From: Felis catus
Lineage: Eukaryota
Assembly (NCBI RefSeq): GCF_018350175.1
Contig: NC_058380.1
Span: 91,512,001-91,576,000, forward strand
Direction of reading: 5' to 3'
DNA: 64,000 nucleotides
Position numbers and translations under genes: made by a program. The notes under the pieces are model-generated. The model did not search any database. It worked only from the letters and a program-made list of their open reading frames with translations, and was not told the DNA's origin. Position 1 is the stretch's first letter, and every line of letters starts with the position of its first letter. This document shows positions 48,514 through 61,150 of this stretch, in pieces.

Positions 48514-48830
48514 GTCGCCGCGGTCGGCCGCGCGGGCACTCGTGACTCGCGCGCTCCTACCGGCGTCACGGGACCCGGCGGGAGGTGGCGACCCCCGGAG
48601 GGGCGGGGCCGGGGCGCCCCGCCCCGCCCCCGCCCCCGAGTGCCCCCTCCCTCCTCCGGCCCCGCCCCTCCTCCAGGGGCCCCCTGCCCTCTCCCGCCTG
48701 ACTCCGCCCCTATCCGCTCGGCGCCGGACGCTGAGGGGCCGAGTCAGAGGGCTAGCGACGCCCGAGGCGTGGGGGCCCGGGGCCCCTGAGTCGGGAAGCC
48801 CCGAAACCCCCGATCCCGGCGCGTGAGGGC
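48200..48830 (-). promoter_or_regulatory. CpG-island promoter of UAP1L1
   Basis: CpG-dense with clustered GC boxes (CCCCGCCCC, about 48617-48670). CLEAR-like half match GTCACGAG on the minus strand at 48539-48546. Confidence 0.7.
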
Positions 48831-49137
48831 GGACTTCAGTTCTAACGTACCCCCCTCTGGACCCCACAGCCCTGAGGGTCAGGGCACCCGACGTGGAGAC
48901 CGTGTTTGCCTTGACCAAGACCCCTGCCGTCTGGGCTGGGGAGGATAGAGCCCGATCGTCAGTAGGGTCGGCTGTCTGGATGCCGCCAAGACCTCCCAAG
49001 AGGGCCACCCAGCACCCGCCGGGGCTTCCTCCTTCACACCTTTCGTCCTTCGCATTGCCACGTAACCGGAACCGCTCAGGTTCGCCCTTCGCCCTGCCGC
49101 ATTATCTTAACTGTGACTTTAAAATATTTTCCTATTA

Positions 49138-49350
49138 GGGGCGCCTGGGTGGCTCAGTCGGTTGAGTGTCCGACTTCGGCTTAGGTCACGATCTCGCGGT
49201 CCGTGAGTTCGAGCCCCGCGTCAGGCTCTGGGCTGATGGCTCAGAGCCTGGAGCCTGCTTCCGATTCTGTGTCTCCCTCTCTCTCTGCCCCTCCCCCGTT
49301 CATGCTCTGTCTCTCTCTGTCCCAAAAATAAATAAATGTTAAAAAAAAAA
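49138..49350 (+). mobile_element. Young full-length feline Can-SINE (SINEC_Fc-like) with 19-bp TSD
   Basis: CpG-intact body, flanked by TTAAAATATTTTCCTATTA at 49119-49137 and 49351-49369. Confidence 0.95.
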
Positions 49351-49565
49351 TTAAAATATTTTCCTATTATTAAAATAGGCATCTTGATGTCTATAAACTC
49401 CCTTGTGAAAAATAATGAGAGTAGCTTGAGCCATTTGGGGACAAAGCTTCCAAAAAAAAAGTTTTTATTAAATCTTAAAGTAAAACAAATTCAAATGGCA
49501 TTTTGGGACCCGAAATGAGAAGTGACCTCTCCTCCAGACCTGCCCCAGCTAACCCCTGTTAAGGC

Positions 49566-49977
49566 TGTTGCATCCACACGACTCGTGAAACAGAATGCTA
49601 CAGGCACCAGTGACAGTCACAACAAAGTTTATGACAATGAGAGGCAAGGCCGACCGATCGGGACCAACACTCTTGATAAGAGTGCGCCCGGAACAGCCAG
49701 GGTACGGAGTTTTTATAGCCGATCACATCGTTTTATCACCACCTGGGAACAGAACAAAGAAACAATTTCCAGATGAGTTAGAAACAGTCGCCTAATGAGG
49801 TGTTTATTTTAGACTTTCTGCCTCTAAGTTGCAACCAGTGGATCTCCTTGACCCTGCCTCTGATGCTCTTTTCTTTGAACCTTTGTTTCCTTAATTGGTG
49901 AAGCCTAATTTACAAGAGTATGAGGCTGTTATTTTTCAAGCTAAGAGTTAGCCCCACACTACAATTTAACCCTTACA
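49566..49977 (-). mobile_element. Solo endogenous retrovirus LTR (ERV1-like, 412 bp)
   Basis: Minus strand begins TGTAAG and ends GCAACA. 4-bp TSD AGGC at 49562-49565 and 49978-49981. Minus-strand CCAAT (49894-49898), TATAAAAA (49710-49717) and CATAAA (49628-49633) lie in U3-R-U5 order. Confidence 0.75.
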
Positions 49978-50119
49978 AGGCAATTGTGTCTCGGTGCAGG
50001 CAGGTTCTGTACATAGAAACTCCCACATGTTCCTTTCTTGGGTTAGGAAGGAGAGCTTCACAGCCCCCTGGGGGTGCACTCTAAATTCTGGTGGACTTTT
50101 CAAGGATGGCCTTAGGCCT

Positions 50120-50530
50120 GCCTCAGGACCTTTGCACTCGCTGTTCCTCCTACCTGGACCACTCTTTCCCAGAGACTTCCTGCCACACTCTGCCAGGTCT
50201 CTGCTCCTGTGTCACCTCCTTGGGGAGACCATCCCAGCTCATGTTGGCTCAGACAGCACCTTCCCATCCACCTCTGTTCCTTCCTGCCTTTCTGCGTTCT
50301 TCGCTGCCCGACTCCCCTCAGAAAGGAAACTCCACAACAGCTGGATGTAGTCCGGTTCACTGCTGTGCCCCCTCACTCTAGATGAATGCCCAGCACACAG
50401 GAGGAACTCAAGAAATGTTTGTTGGGTGAATGAGTGTTGAATCCCACATCTAGCACAGTGACTGGGCCACAGCAAGTGTTCAGGGAGTGCTCTCTGAATG
50501 AATGAATGAATGAATGAATGAATGAATGAG
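50120..50530 (+). mobile_element. L2 3'-end remnant with expanded (TGAA)n tail
   Basis: GGACCTTTGCACTCGCTGTTCC...CCCAGCACACAGGAGGAACTCAAGAAATGTTTGTTGGGTGAATGAG resembles L2 3' ends; (TGAA)n at 50495-50528. Confidence 0.7.
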
Positions 50531-52819
50531 TGGTCTGCTCCAATGGTTTGTGGCAGTCGAAGCGCAGTTTGGGGCAGATGTTGGAGATGTGCATGGGAGG
50601 TAAGGAACCAAGGAGCGGAGTAGGTCCCACACCCCAGGCCAGCGTCTAGGGGAACCCTTACCCCCTGCACATGTGCCCTTGAAGGCAGGTGTCACGTGAA
50701 CTCAGGGCTCATCTCAGAGTGACCCCCAAATCTCACTTCAAGGTGGGGGTGGGGCTGAGATCGGGAGGGCTTGGCCAATTGAGGCTGTGTAGCCAGAGGC
50801 ACCTAAAGAGCCAGAAGAAGCAGAGCTGACCCACCTGGGCAGACAGGGGGGAGTGCCAGGGAGGCAGGGGTGAGTAACAGCCTCCTGGACCACCTGCAAA
50901 AGGCAGGCTTTTGGCCAAGGTCCCTGGTTGTTACTGCAGGAATAGAGACCAGAGAATCGCCAGAACTGGGCAGCTACCTGTCCTTGACTCCGTGCTGCGT
51001 TAGGCAGGGGACAAAGGGGCCCAGTCCCCCTGTCCACCTCCAAGGAGCTCCAAGCTGGCACGGTGAGAACATGATCACAACGGGGATGGGCCCCTCAAAA
51101 AGTACAGGGGCCACAGGGGACCCACCTGGCTCGGGGCTCTGGGAAGCCCTCCGGGGGAGATAGCAACACTGAAAGGTACAGAGCTAGGAAAGTGTCGGGC
51201 CAGGCTAGAGAGGAGGAAGCGGTCAGAATTCAGGACAGGAAGTACACGCGGGCCACACCTTAGTCCCACACCCAGAGCTGGGACTGACTCCAGTTTTTTC
51301 TGTACCTTCCTCCAGTGCCTAGCCAGAGAAGCCCACCGGGAGGCCGGCAGGCCAAAGGCCAGTGGGGACTTCCTCCTCCATGGCTCCTGATACTCTGAGC
51401 AGGCCTTGCTTTCTCTGCACGGCGGACTCAGGCTCACAGTGGCCCTGGCCTGGGTGCTGCTGGCCACGCGGTCCTGCTGTCCTGAGCTGTAGCAGCATCG
51501 CTTGCTGCCGCTGGCCGCTGGCCTCCACATCCACACAACACCCCCCCCCCCACCACCACCACCACCACGGAGCTGTCCCTGGGCCTCCCCATCCCACCCA
51601 AGGGTGGCGTTTCCACTGTGACCTCCAGGATGAGGCTTCCCATGTGCTGGTCACCCACTAAGCCTCCACTGTGGGCCAGGCTGAAGCCAGGCCTTGGGGT
51701 GGCCCTGTCCTGCTTCCAGAAAGCACAGGGAAGGACCCGTGGGGAGAGAAGCACAAGGGCTAGGAGAAAGCAGCCTTGTGCTTCGAAGGTCAGGACATCT
51801 AACCAGACTTCCAAGGGTGGGTCAGGTACCTGAGTGGGGCTTCAAAGGACGCACAGTGATTGGCCAGGAGCAGACAGGGAAACTTGTTCCTGGCGGGACA
51901 GCTACCGTGTGCAAGGGCCCAGAGGTGAGAGAACGCTGGGCACCCCCAGGATGGGGGATGGGGCAGGGTGTGCTGGAGGGAGAGGGGGAGGGAGAGGCGA
52001 ACTACAGGAAAAGCGGTCTGAATGCTGTCCTGGGACTCTGGCTAGTCCCGTCCCTGAAGGGGAAGGCTGGGATGAGCTAGGCTCCACGGGGAAACTCCAG
52101 GCTCACAGCTTTCCAGGTGCTTCCAAAATTCCTTACCATAAAGGAGCCTCAACTCGGAGGCGTGTGAAAGGTAATAAAGGAAGGCCGCATTTTCAATGGA
52201 GTCAGGAAGCCCTGACAGGGGGGCTCTCATGAACAGGGCACCTGTCCCAGCGGACCGCACGTCCTGGGCAGGAAGAAAGTCACCTTACCGCCCTAGCAAG
52301 AGGAAGTTCTCTTCTGGACGAGACCGCAGGCTAAGCCCCGGCCCCCTCCCAGACTGACCAGACAGAATGGCTGGATGCTGGCTGGAAATGAAGCAGGGGC
52401 CGCTGGGGACACAGGGCTGCCTGGCCGGGAGCGCCTGGGGAACCGCTGGAGGAAGGGTCCGGCCAGGGGAAGAGGCTGGAGCAGAGGAGAGCTGGTCACC
52501 AGATGGGGATCTGGGGACACAGGAAAAAGTGGCTTTGTCCTGCAGTAGGCAGGAAAGGCCAGGCTATCCCCAGGGACAAGGGGAGGAGCCGGCAGCAGTG
52601 TGGACAGACAGGCCTCTGTAAGGGGAAGCGTCCTGCTGGCTGGAGCCCAGTCCTCTTGGGACTCTCCTGGCACATGGGCCCCAGAGTCGAGGTGCCTGGG
52701 CCCGGGGACCGTCAGCGAAGAGTCCCCAGGGGAGTCAGACAGGGAAGGTGACTCCCAGAGGAGGCGTGCTCCCCATCCTTACCCCACGAGGCCACCTGGG
52801 GACAGGTTTTCGTAGGGCG

Positions 52820-53271
52820 CCGGGCCCCGCCCCTCCGAGAGGGCTGAGCCGCCGCGAGAGGGGGAGGGGGAGGAGAAAGGGGTCCGCTCGGGGCTCCGCC
52901 CGCCACCCGCGAGACCCGGAGGAGGCCGAGTCGGGACCCCGCCCCCAGGCTAGTACCCGTGTCTCGGCGCACCCCCGGCCCCTCCCCGCACGGCGGCGGG
53001 AGCGCGCGGGGCGGGGCGGGGCCCTCGGCGGAAAAATCAAACCGGGCTGGCGGCCTCTCAGCCAATCCGGGAGCAGACGGGCCGGCTTCGGCCAATGGCT
53101 GCCGCGAATGCTAATGAGCGCTGACGCCACGAGAAGGGTCCATTCAAAAAGTCGCAGCTATTGTCGCGCCGGGTTGCGCGCGCCGGCCGGGCCCCGCCGT
53201 CGGGCCCCGGGGGGACGGAGCGCGGACGCCGCGGGGACCGAGCCCAGGACGGAGCCCGGCGGCGGCAGCCC
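52820..53271 (+). promoter_or_regulatory. SAPCD2 CpG-island promoter with cell-cycle elements
   Basis: E2F-like GGCGGAAAA at 53027-53035, two CCAAT boxes at 53062-53066 and 53092-53096, reverse CHR TTCAAA at 53143-53148, and GC boxes. Confidence 0.7.
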
Positions 53272-56200
53272 ATGGCCGGAGCCGCGATGGCCGAGCCGGG
53301 CCACGGGCCGCCCGCCGCGNNNNNNNNNNNNNNNNNNNNNNNNNNNNNNNNNNNNNNNNNNNNNNNNNNNNNNNNNNNNNNNNNNNNNNNNNNNNNNNNN
53401 NNNNNNNNNNNNNNNNNNNNNNNNNNNNNNNNNNNNNNNNNNNNNNNNNNNNNNNNNNNGCTGCCCCGCGGCGTGCTCGAAGGCCTGCGCCAGGTGGCCC
53501 CGGCCAGCGGCTACCTGACCTTCGAGCGCTTCGTGGCCGGCCTGCGCACCTCGCTGCTGAGCGCCGACGGCGGCCCGCGGGGCCAGGCGCGCGCCCCGGC
53601 CCGGGGAGGCTGCCCGGCGCGGCCCGGGGGTCAGCCGCCGCCGCCGCCGCGCCTGGTGTTCGCGCCGGCTGACGAGCCGCGGACGGTCCTGGAGAGGAAG
53701 CCCCTGCCCCTGGGCGCGCGGCCCCCGCCAGCCGTCCCCGGCGGCGCGGCCCGGAGCCTAGAGAAGCTGTGCGGACCCGCCGAGGCAGCGCCCGGTCCCG
53801 CGGAGCCCGAGCGGCCCCAGGGCGCGGCGCTGGAGCGGAGCCCGAGCGCGGACGCTGGTGAGTGCGGGGCGGCCCCCAGCCCCGCCTCGTAGCCGCCCCC
53901 CGCCGAACCCCCGCGACCGGCGCCTCAGGCCAGAGCCGCAGAGGCGCTGCGGCCCTTCTCTTACCGCGGGGGCCGGTAAGCGCCTGGAGGGAAAGCGGCC
54001 TCCTGGGTTCCCGGTGTGCTCAGGGGCCAGCCCCTCCCCCTCCACAGCGGGAGGCCATCGTAGGGCCCAGGGGCTGGTGGATGACCCCCAAACTCCACCA
54101 GGAAGCCACTGTACAGGCCTGAGCTGAGCACTGAGGACCCCTGCCCCACACCTGGGGACACTTAGACCCTCGATCGTATCCGTGGTAACTGCCTAGGCAG
54201 AGTTTTCCTCTAGTGCAGAGGAGAGAGGGGCCCAGGCTGGGCGGGGCCCTCGCTGCCTTTTTGGGTTCTCAGTCCCGCAGCTCCGCTCAGACGGCTGGGC
54301 TTGCTGCCTCCACCACTGAGGCCAGGGCCTGGTTGCCAGGAAGAGCGAAGCGGTGGGTGAGTCTCCAGCCCAATCTTCAAGCCTGCAGGGGTGACACCAG
54401 GGAGAGACCCAGGCGCAGCCGCTCTGGATGGACGGCAGGCTGCTTGCCTAGCTTCCGGTCCAGTTGGCAGTGCTGGGAGATGGCTGAAGGGCTCCCCTGT
54501 GCCCACCCCCCCCCCCACCAGTGTCTTCCCTGGAAATAACACCTGCACTATGGCTGGCGGCAGGGTCCAGACCCCTCAGCCCATTCAGCCTGCACCTGTG
54601 CACCACCTGGTGCAGGCCTCCCGCCCCCCCCCCCCCAATGGCCGCTGCCAGCCCTTTCTATGCCTTCACTGCTCTGGCAGCTTCATTGGACCTCCACCCC
54701 AGCCTTGCCCATGTCCCCCAGCCCCATGACTGGTGCTTGGAGCCACAGTGGCTCCCGGCCTCCTTGGTGCAGCCGTCCAGAAGCCCACCCCAGGCTGGGG
54801 GCTCCCCCTGCTCCTCACTGCCCAACCACTCTGTCCCTGTAGTGTGGGCAGGCAGGGGGCACTTCTGAGTGCAGGGCTAGTGCCGTCCCTGTGGCTGCAT
54901 GTAGTTGAAAATCAGCCATGGGACTGGGGTTTGGAGGCCTCAGACCTGCAGTCCTGCTCTGTCCGGGTGCCTGACACCACAGAACAGCTTTAGTCTCAGG
55001 CCAGGCTCTCACTGTCACCTTTTCCAGGCAGAGACCCAGACGAGAGGCATGGCATGTTTTGGCACTCCAAGCTCCCGCAGATTTCCAGGAAGAGAAAGCC
55101 CTCATACTCACAGAGCCCCCCGCTCCAGAGATCCAGGGGCCCCTTCCCTATCCCCTGCTGGAGCTCAGTGCACCCAGGCCTGCCCTGGCCCCCTTGGTGG
55201 AAGCTGCTAGCTCAGGCCCAGACGGGGACCGACAGGGCTGCGTCCGCCTGCTGGTCCCTCTGAACATCCAGCGTGCTGTCATCTGGGAATCTGGGAGCTG
55301 CCCCCACACCAAGCCCGGGGGTTCTGAGGTTCCATGCTCTCTAGCCTCCCTCTGCTGTATCTTCTGTGCCAGCCATGCAGCATGGGCAGGTTGGGACGTG
55401 AACTTTGGGCTGGCTCGGAGCCTGTCTGCCAGGGCCGGCTGGAGGCCTGCAGAGACCTGGTGCCAGCCCTGTGGACATGTTCCCTCCTTGCACCACCGCC
55501 CCCAGTGCAGGGGGCAGAGCCTGTGAGGCTGAGCCTGGTGTGGGGGAATAGGGCTCGGGAGCCAGGAGGGTGACCTTCTCCACACCCGCACCTTACTCTG
55601 CCTCGCGGGTTGCCCTGCACGCGCTCCCCATCCCCCGGGGAAGTCAGCTGGCCCCGATGGCTTTTCAGCCCCAAGCACACTCAGCTGCACACACTTCACC
55701 TGCACGGACTCCCGTCACCCCTGAAGGCCCCGGCAGACCCGGAGGGAGAAGCAGGGACGGCCAGAGGCCTGCTCACTCCCCCTGTACTTAGCAGCCCATG
55801 AGCCCCTGCAGTGTACTCGAAGCACCCTGGGCACCGGGAGTGCTGAGAAGAACCGGGTGAAGCCCCTGCCCCAGGGCGCTCGTGCTGAGGCATGTGTGTG
55901 GGCGCACACATTTGTGTTGTGTGTACAGACAAGCAGCCTCAGCGGTCACACGGCCCTTACCAAGGGAGGGGTGAGGGGAGCTGGTGGGGATGGAGTGGGG
56001 AGCCAGCCGCCAGCCAGGCACAGAGGCAAGGTGTGTGCTGCGCTGGGCCGTTGCCCGTGCCCCCAGGATGGGTTGAGATGGGGAGGGCCCGTGCAGAGGC
56101 TCTGAGTTGCCCATGAACCCAGAGAGACGTAGGCCTGGACACCCAGCTGTGCACCGCCAGGCTTGGGGTGGGGGACGTTGAGCTTGACTAGGCAGGCCTG

Positions 56201-58008
56201 GAAGTGACCCAGGTCCTTGCTCCTCTGCGGCAGGTGCAGCGGCCTGCAGGGCCCGGGAGCTAGGCATGGGCGATGCCCATCGGGCCCCCCGTGCCCGAGG
56301 GGAACGTCGGAGGCACACCATCACCAACGGCGTGGACTGTGACCTGGTGAGTGAGGGCTCTGGGGGATTCTCCACCTTGCCTGGGATAGGACTTGGCCCC
56401 CACGCTTGGTCTCCTGGACCACCCCTCTGCCTGGGAGGTGGCAGTCAAGCCTGGGTTCTGGGGGACCTATGGCTGGAATGTGAGTTAATTACAAACATCT
56501 GTCCCCGTGTCTGGGTTTGAATACACTTGAGACGTGGCTCTAGACCACACGAAGAAGTCCTTTAGGGAGAAAGCAGCCTCCGTGCACCATGCAGTGGGCA
56601 CGGCCCCTCCCCAGAACTGCCCCTGCACCAGCCGGCTTCATGAGGCTGTCCTTTGCCAAAACTGAGCCCGGCTCCCCCGCTGCGTGCTCGCCATTTTCTC
56701 CAAAGGAAGCTGCTGAGCTCGGGGGTGTCGCCTGCGTTCCTGTGGGGGAAGCCTGCGTGGAGGGGCCGAGAGAGGACAGCCCGCCCGCAAGGGGACAAAC
56801 GGGGCGGTGCTTCCCAACACGGGCACGCGTAGGACTCACGTACAGGCGCGTGCGCCGGCAGAGCTGTGCTGGCGCGGCTGGCCTGCGTGAGCGCGCGTCC
56901 GAGTTGCGGGGCGTGCGCCGTGTGTGTGTGTGCGTGCGTGCGTGCGTGCCATTCACACGTGTGCGTTGCCGCACGTGCAGCTGAAGCAGCTGAAGGAGCT
57001 GGAGCAGGAAAAGGAGGTGCTGCTCCAGGGTCTGGAGATGATGGCCCGGGGCCGCGACTGGTACCAGCAACAGCTGCAGCGCGTGCAGGAGCGCCAGCGC
57101 CGCCTGGGCCGGAGCAGGGCCAGCACCGTGAGTAACGCCGCCCGGGACCGGGCTGTCCCCGTCCCTAGGCAGGGTGACCCCCCCCCCTGCACCTGCAGGA
57201 ACCACCCACCTAACCCCAGGCACCCCCAGGTAGGCCCGGGATGCCCTATTCCGGGACACATCGGCCGCCCCTCCTCCCAGGGTGCTGGGACCCCCACCCC
57301 CGACACACACACCCCGTGATGTCCCCCACCGGCAACACCCGTAGGCTCCCTCTCTGCTCAAGCAGTAATTTGGGGAGACAAGAGTGCCACCTGTGAGGGC
57401 TCTTCTCGAGGCACGGCGGCTGGTCCTGCGCTCCGACCTTCCCCTTTTCTGCTTTCCTCTCAGGACCTTGGGACTGAGGGGAGCCCCCTCCCGCTGGGCC
57501 GGCTGCTGCCCAAGGTCCAGGAGGTAGCCCGGTGCCTGGGGGAACTGTTGGCCGCAGCCTGTGCCGGCAGGGTGAGTGCCCCCCCCAGACCACCCAGCGC
57601 CCGCCTAGGGCCCGTGCCCATCTTGGCGCCACCCCTCACCCTTGTCCTGGAGGCTAGGCCTGCCTGACTGTGCCCTCCCGTAGGCTCTGCCCTCATTGTC
57701 CTCGGGGGCCCCGTGCCCAGCCCTGGCCCCCACCTCACCGTCAGCCCCAGGCTGGCAGCAGCAGACCATCCTCATGCTGAAAGAGCAGAACCGGCTCCTC
57801 ACGCAGGTGAGGTGCGGGGAGGGGTGCAGGGTGGGGGCTGGAGGCCCGGGGTGCCCTGACCGACCTCCCGCCCGTCCAGGAGGTGACCGACAAGAGTGAG
57901 CGCATCACGCAGCTGGAGCAGGAGAAATCTGCCCTCATCAAGCAGCTGTTTGAGGCGCGCGCCCTCGGCCAGCAGGATGCTGGGCCCTTGGACTCCACCT
58001 TCATCTAG
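53272..58008 (+). CDS. SAPCD2: Suppressor APC domain-containing protein 2; 6 exons, about 401 aa
   Basis: Exons 53272-53857 (contains 140 N, frame preserved), 56234-56346, 56981-57127, 57464-57571, 57684-57806, 57880-58008. Peptides: MAGAAMAE, LPRGVLEGLRQVAPASGYLTFERFVAGL, RRRHTITNGVD, LKQLKELEQEKEVLLQGLEMMARGRDWY, MLKEQNRLLTQEV, and C-terminal DSTFI. Confidence 0.94.
53320..53459. other. N run (140 nt) inside SAPCD2 exon 1
   Basis: Run of n in an extremely GC-rich exon. Confidence 0.99.
56919..56948 (+). repeat. (TG)n/(TGCG)n microsatellite before SAPCD2 exon 3
   Basis: Read directly. Confidence 0.8.
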
Positions 58009-60569
58009 CCGGCCATGGCCGTGGGCGCGGGCGCGGGGCTCTTAGGACCTGGCCTGGCAGTCAGCCTGGGCAGGTGCCTCCTTGAGCCCCACTTAGGCTA
58101 AAGATCACCTGACTGGCCTGGACACGGGTTTCTTCCTCTCTTCCAGTCGGGGCTCCCCCAGAGCGCCCCCCCCACCCCCAGCCCAGGTGGGGCCAGCAGG
58201 CAGGCTGTGCCCCGGAATGTCTTGTGGCTCCAGATACGGACTCGGTCCTGGCCTGGGGGGGCTAAACCGGGGTGGGGCTTCATTGTGCTGTCACAGCCTG
58301 AAGCTGCTCCAGCGGCTGTCAGTGGTCAGCGGGGGACTCCCCCTCGTGTTTACCCGGTCTCTGGCAGCCCTGGGCACCGCGGCTTTGTGGCAGGCCTGTC
58401 CTCTCTGACCCAGGGTCTCGGGAAAAGATAGCGGTTTCCCCTGGCCTGCACTTCCGACCACAGCCAGCAGAGGGGCCTCACACACAGTAGCCAAGAGCTG
58501 CCTTGGAGCCGCCGCTGGGGGTTTCCTCCCGGGTCTGAGTCAGGGTCCCTGAGGGGGGCTGGAACACCTGGGGGCCTAACGGGTGATTGAGCGCAGGAGC
58601 CCCAGGTCTAGGGGCTGGCTGTCCTTCAGCCGGGAGCACGGGGAGGAGAAAAGGGGTGGTTTCTAATAGTGGGGTCTGCCTGTGTCTGGTTTTGGGGGAG
58701 AGTGATCAGAGTTCATGCCTGGGCCGAGGCTGGCCTGCTTGCCCCTCCTCACAGATCCCAGACCCTAAAACAACTCGGGCCAGCTGTCACTCCTCCTTGC
58801 CAAAACTAGGCCCCACGGAGCGACCTGTGACCCAGGCTCAGGGCATTGACCCCGCCAGACACTCCAGCCAGGGCAGGACGTGGTCACCAGGGCTGCTCTG
58901 GTGTGCCCCTGTCCTGGGGAGGGCCCTGTCCCCGGGAATGATGTCTGCATGGGCCTCCCGGATGTGCCCCAGGGTTCCTCATAGGCCAAGCGCCCCCACC
59001 AGGACCTACCCCACATGATTCGGGGCTGGACGGTCAGCTCCCACCTCCGGTCTTCGCAAATGCTCTTCTGTCTCCTGGAACACCCTCCCCCTGCTTCACC
59101 CGGCTTGCTCCTACCCAGCCCTCCAGGATGGAGGAGTGAAGGACCGCCCAGAGGCCGGAACAACGAAGGTGGCAGCCTCTGGGGGGGCGGGCTCGGCAGC
59201 GGTGACCTCTGGGGTGTCCGCCACGCCCTGGGGTTCTGCGTTCCCTGTGCTGCCTTCACGTGACTCGGGGGGCAGGAGGTGGCGCATTGTCCGCTCCAGG
59301 CGTCTTCTAGCGGGAGACCTTCCGCAGAGTGTGCCCCTCCAGCTGAGGGAGATGTGGAGTCGGCAGGCAACTCGGATAGAAACCCCTCGTCCTTGGGGCT
59401 CCGTGTGGGGTGAACAAACGTGTCCTCTGCAGTCTGAAGTCAGGCTACCTGTGGGGCGTAGAGGCCTCAGGGGAGACTTTTAAGCGGTCCTAGTCTGCTG
59501 GCAGAAGCCAAACCCTGCCCGGCAAAGCGCCGGTGACATTTGGGGCCAAGTAAGTGTTGACGGGGGAGGGGCTGTCCCCTCCTGTGTGACGCTGACTGCT
59601 GTCCACGCACTCGGTTCTGACAACCAAAATATCTCAAGGCGTGGTGGCGGTAGAACGCTGTCCCTGCCTGAGGATCCTGTCCCAGAGGAGACCGTAACTT
59701 CACTTGGTCTTAAGGGTTCACGGAGGTCAAGTTCCAAGGAAAATGAGCATCTCCAAGTTAGATTTTTTTGCAAACACTGTGAGGAGCCTCCACGACGAGC
59801 CAGCAGAAACCACCGGTTCTGCAGACGGTTCAGACAGTGGAGCGATCAGAGAATATAAGAGAATTTTTATTCGTCTAAAGAAATAAAAAGGATTCTTGAA
59901 AATATGAACAAGAAAGAGTCCTCATACTTTCTTATTCTGTGAAAGTATAGTCTATAAAGGTGAGCAGTAAAGCCTAAAAAAAGAAACTTAAAAATTGAAA
60001 TTTAAAACTCAAGTGGACTAAACTTGAGATGAGAATGCTAGTGAAAAACCAGCTTAGGGAATGATCCAGAACGCAGCCCAGAGACTCAGACCGGAAGCAC
60101 AAATGAGAGGGGGCGTCCTGGAGGGCAGAGGGAGAGGGTCACCCATCTGGTTGCATTTCCTAAGAGAGGACGAGGGAGGAGGCACGGTATATGAAGATAA
60201 ACTAGCTTAGAGTTTCCCAGAGTTGTCTGAAAACCTCAATCCCCAGGTCCAGAAATCCCAACAACTGCCAGCCAGGCTGAATGGGAAGAAACGCACATTT
60301 TCTCTTACAAGATCACGAAGGAGCCGAGACGAAACCAGTGGCCTCCAGGGGAAGTGCCATCAGAGTCGGAGGGTAGCGGCTTTGATGGCCAAGACGTAGA
60401 CTCGCTGCCCTCCAAGGCCAGCCCCAGAGAAACTCAAGAATGAGGGCAAAATAAAAACACTTGAGAAATAGTTGAAAGTTTACCACCGATAGGACTTCAC
60501 TACCGGGCAATCTGGAGGAAGGACTTCAGAAAAAAGGCAGGAGTCAAGAAGGAACCCTAAATAAGGATG

Positions 60570-61150
60570 AGTTCTCTCCCGCTGCAGAACAAATTAGCTT
60601 CAAGCTCAGCGGTTTAAAGCAAGAGTTATTGTCATTTTCTAAATGTTTACTTAGCATGAGAGGAGAAGGGGGGGGGGGGAGAGAGAAGCCCAGGCAGGCC
60701 CCGCACTGCCAGCGCACAGCCCGACGCGGGGCTTGAACTCACGATGAACCGTGAGATCGTGACCTGAGCTGAAACCGCGAGTCGGACTCTTAACTGACGC
60801 CCCCAAATCTATAGTTCCTTTCTTGCCATTTCTGTGGGTGAGGAGCTCAGGGGCAGTTGCACTGGCCAGTTCTGGCTTGGAGCCTTCTGGGCCGCCATCT
60901 CCGACGGGCCCGCTTCCAAGAAGGCGCCCTCGTGGGCTGTTGGCGGAGCACCTCCGGGCTCGTCACCTCCAGCGTCCTCACATCACTGCAGCTGCACCAG
61001 AGCGGAGACCCAGGAGAAGCAACAGTGAGGGAGCCACGTGCCTGTGAGGACCTGGGCTCAGGAGTCCCGAGTCACACCCTCGTCTCACTTAACTTTGTTC
61101 GTTAGAAGCCAGTCCTCAGTCCAGTCCTTTCTCAAAGGGGTGGGAGGGGA
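60570..61150. mobile_element. MLT1-like (MaLR) LTR remnant split by a SINE
   Basis: GCTGCAGAACAAATTAGCTTCAAGCTCAGCGGTTTAAAGCAA...TTCTGTGGGTGAGGAGCTCAGGGCAG resembles MLT1-family LTRs. Confidence 0.5.
60636..60804 (-). mobile_element. Can-SINE
   Basis: CCCGACGCGGGGCTTGAACTCACG...GTGAGATCGTGACCTGAGCTGAA. Confidence 0.85.

Noticed and set aside
51541-51567. Poly-His or poly-Trp ORF segments
   Set aside because: A (CAC)n microsatellite next to a C run in intergenic DNA.
59882-59887. AATAAA as the SAPCD2 poly(A) signal
   Set aside because: Plausible at about 1.9 kb past the stop, but it lies at the edge of an A-rich repeat tract and cannot be supported without transcript data.
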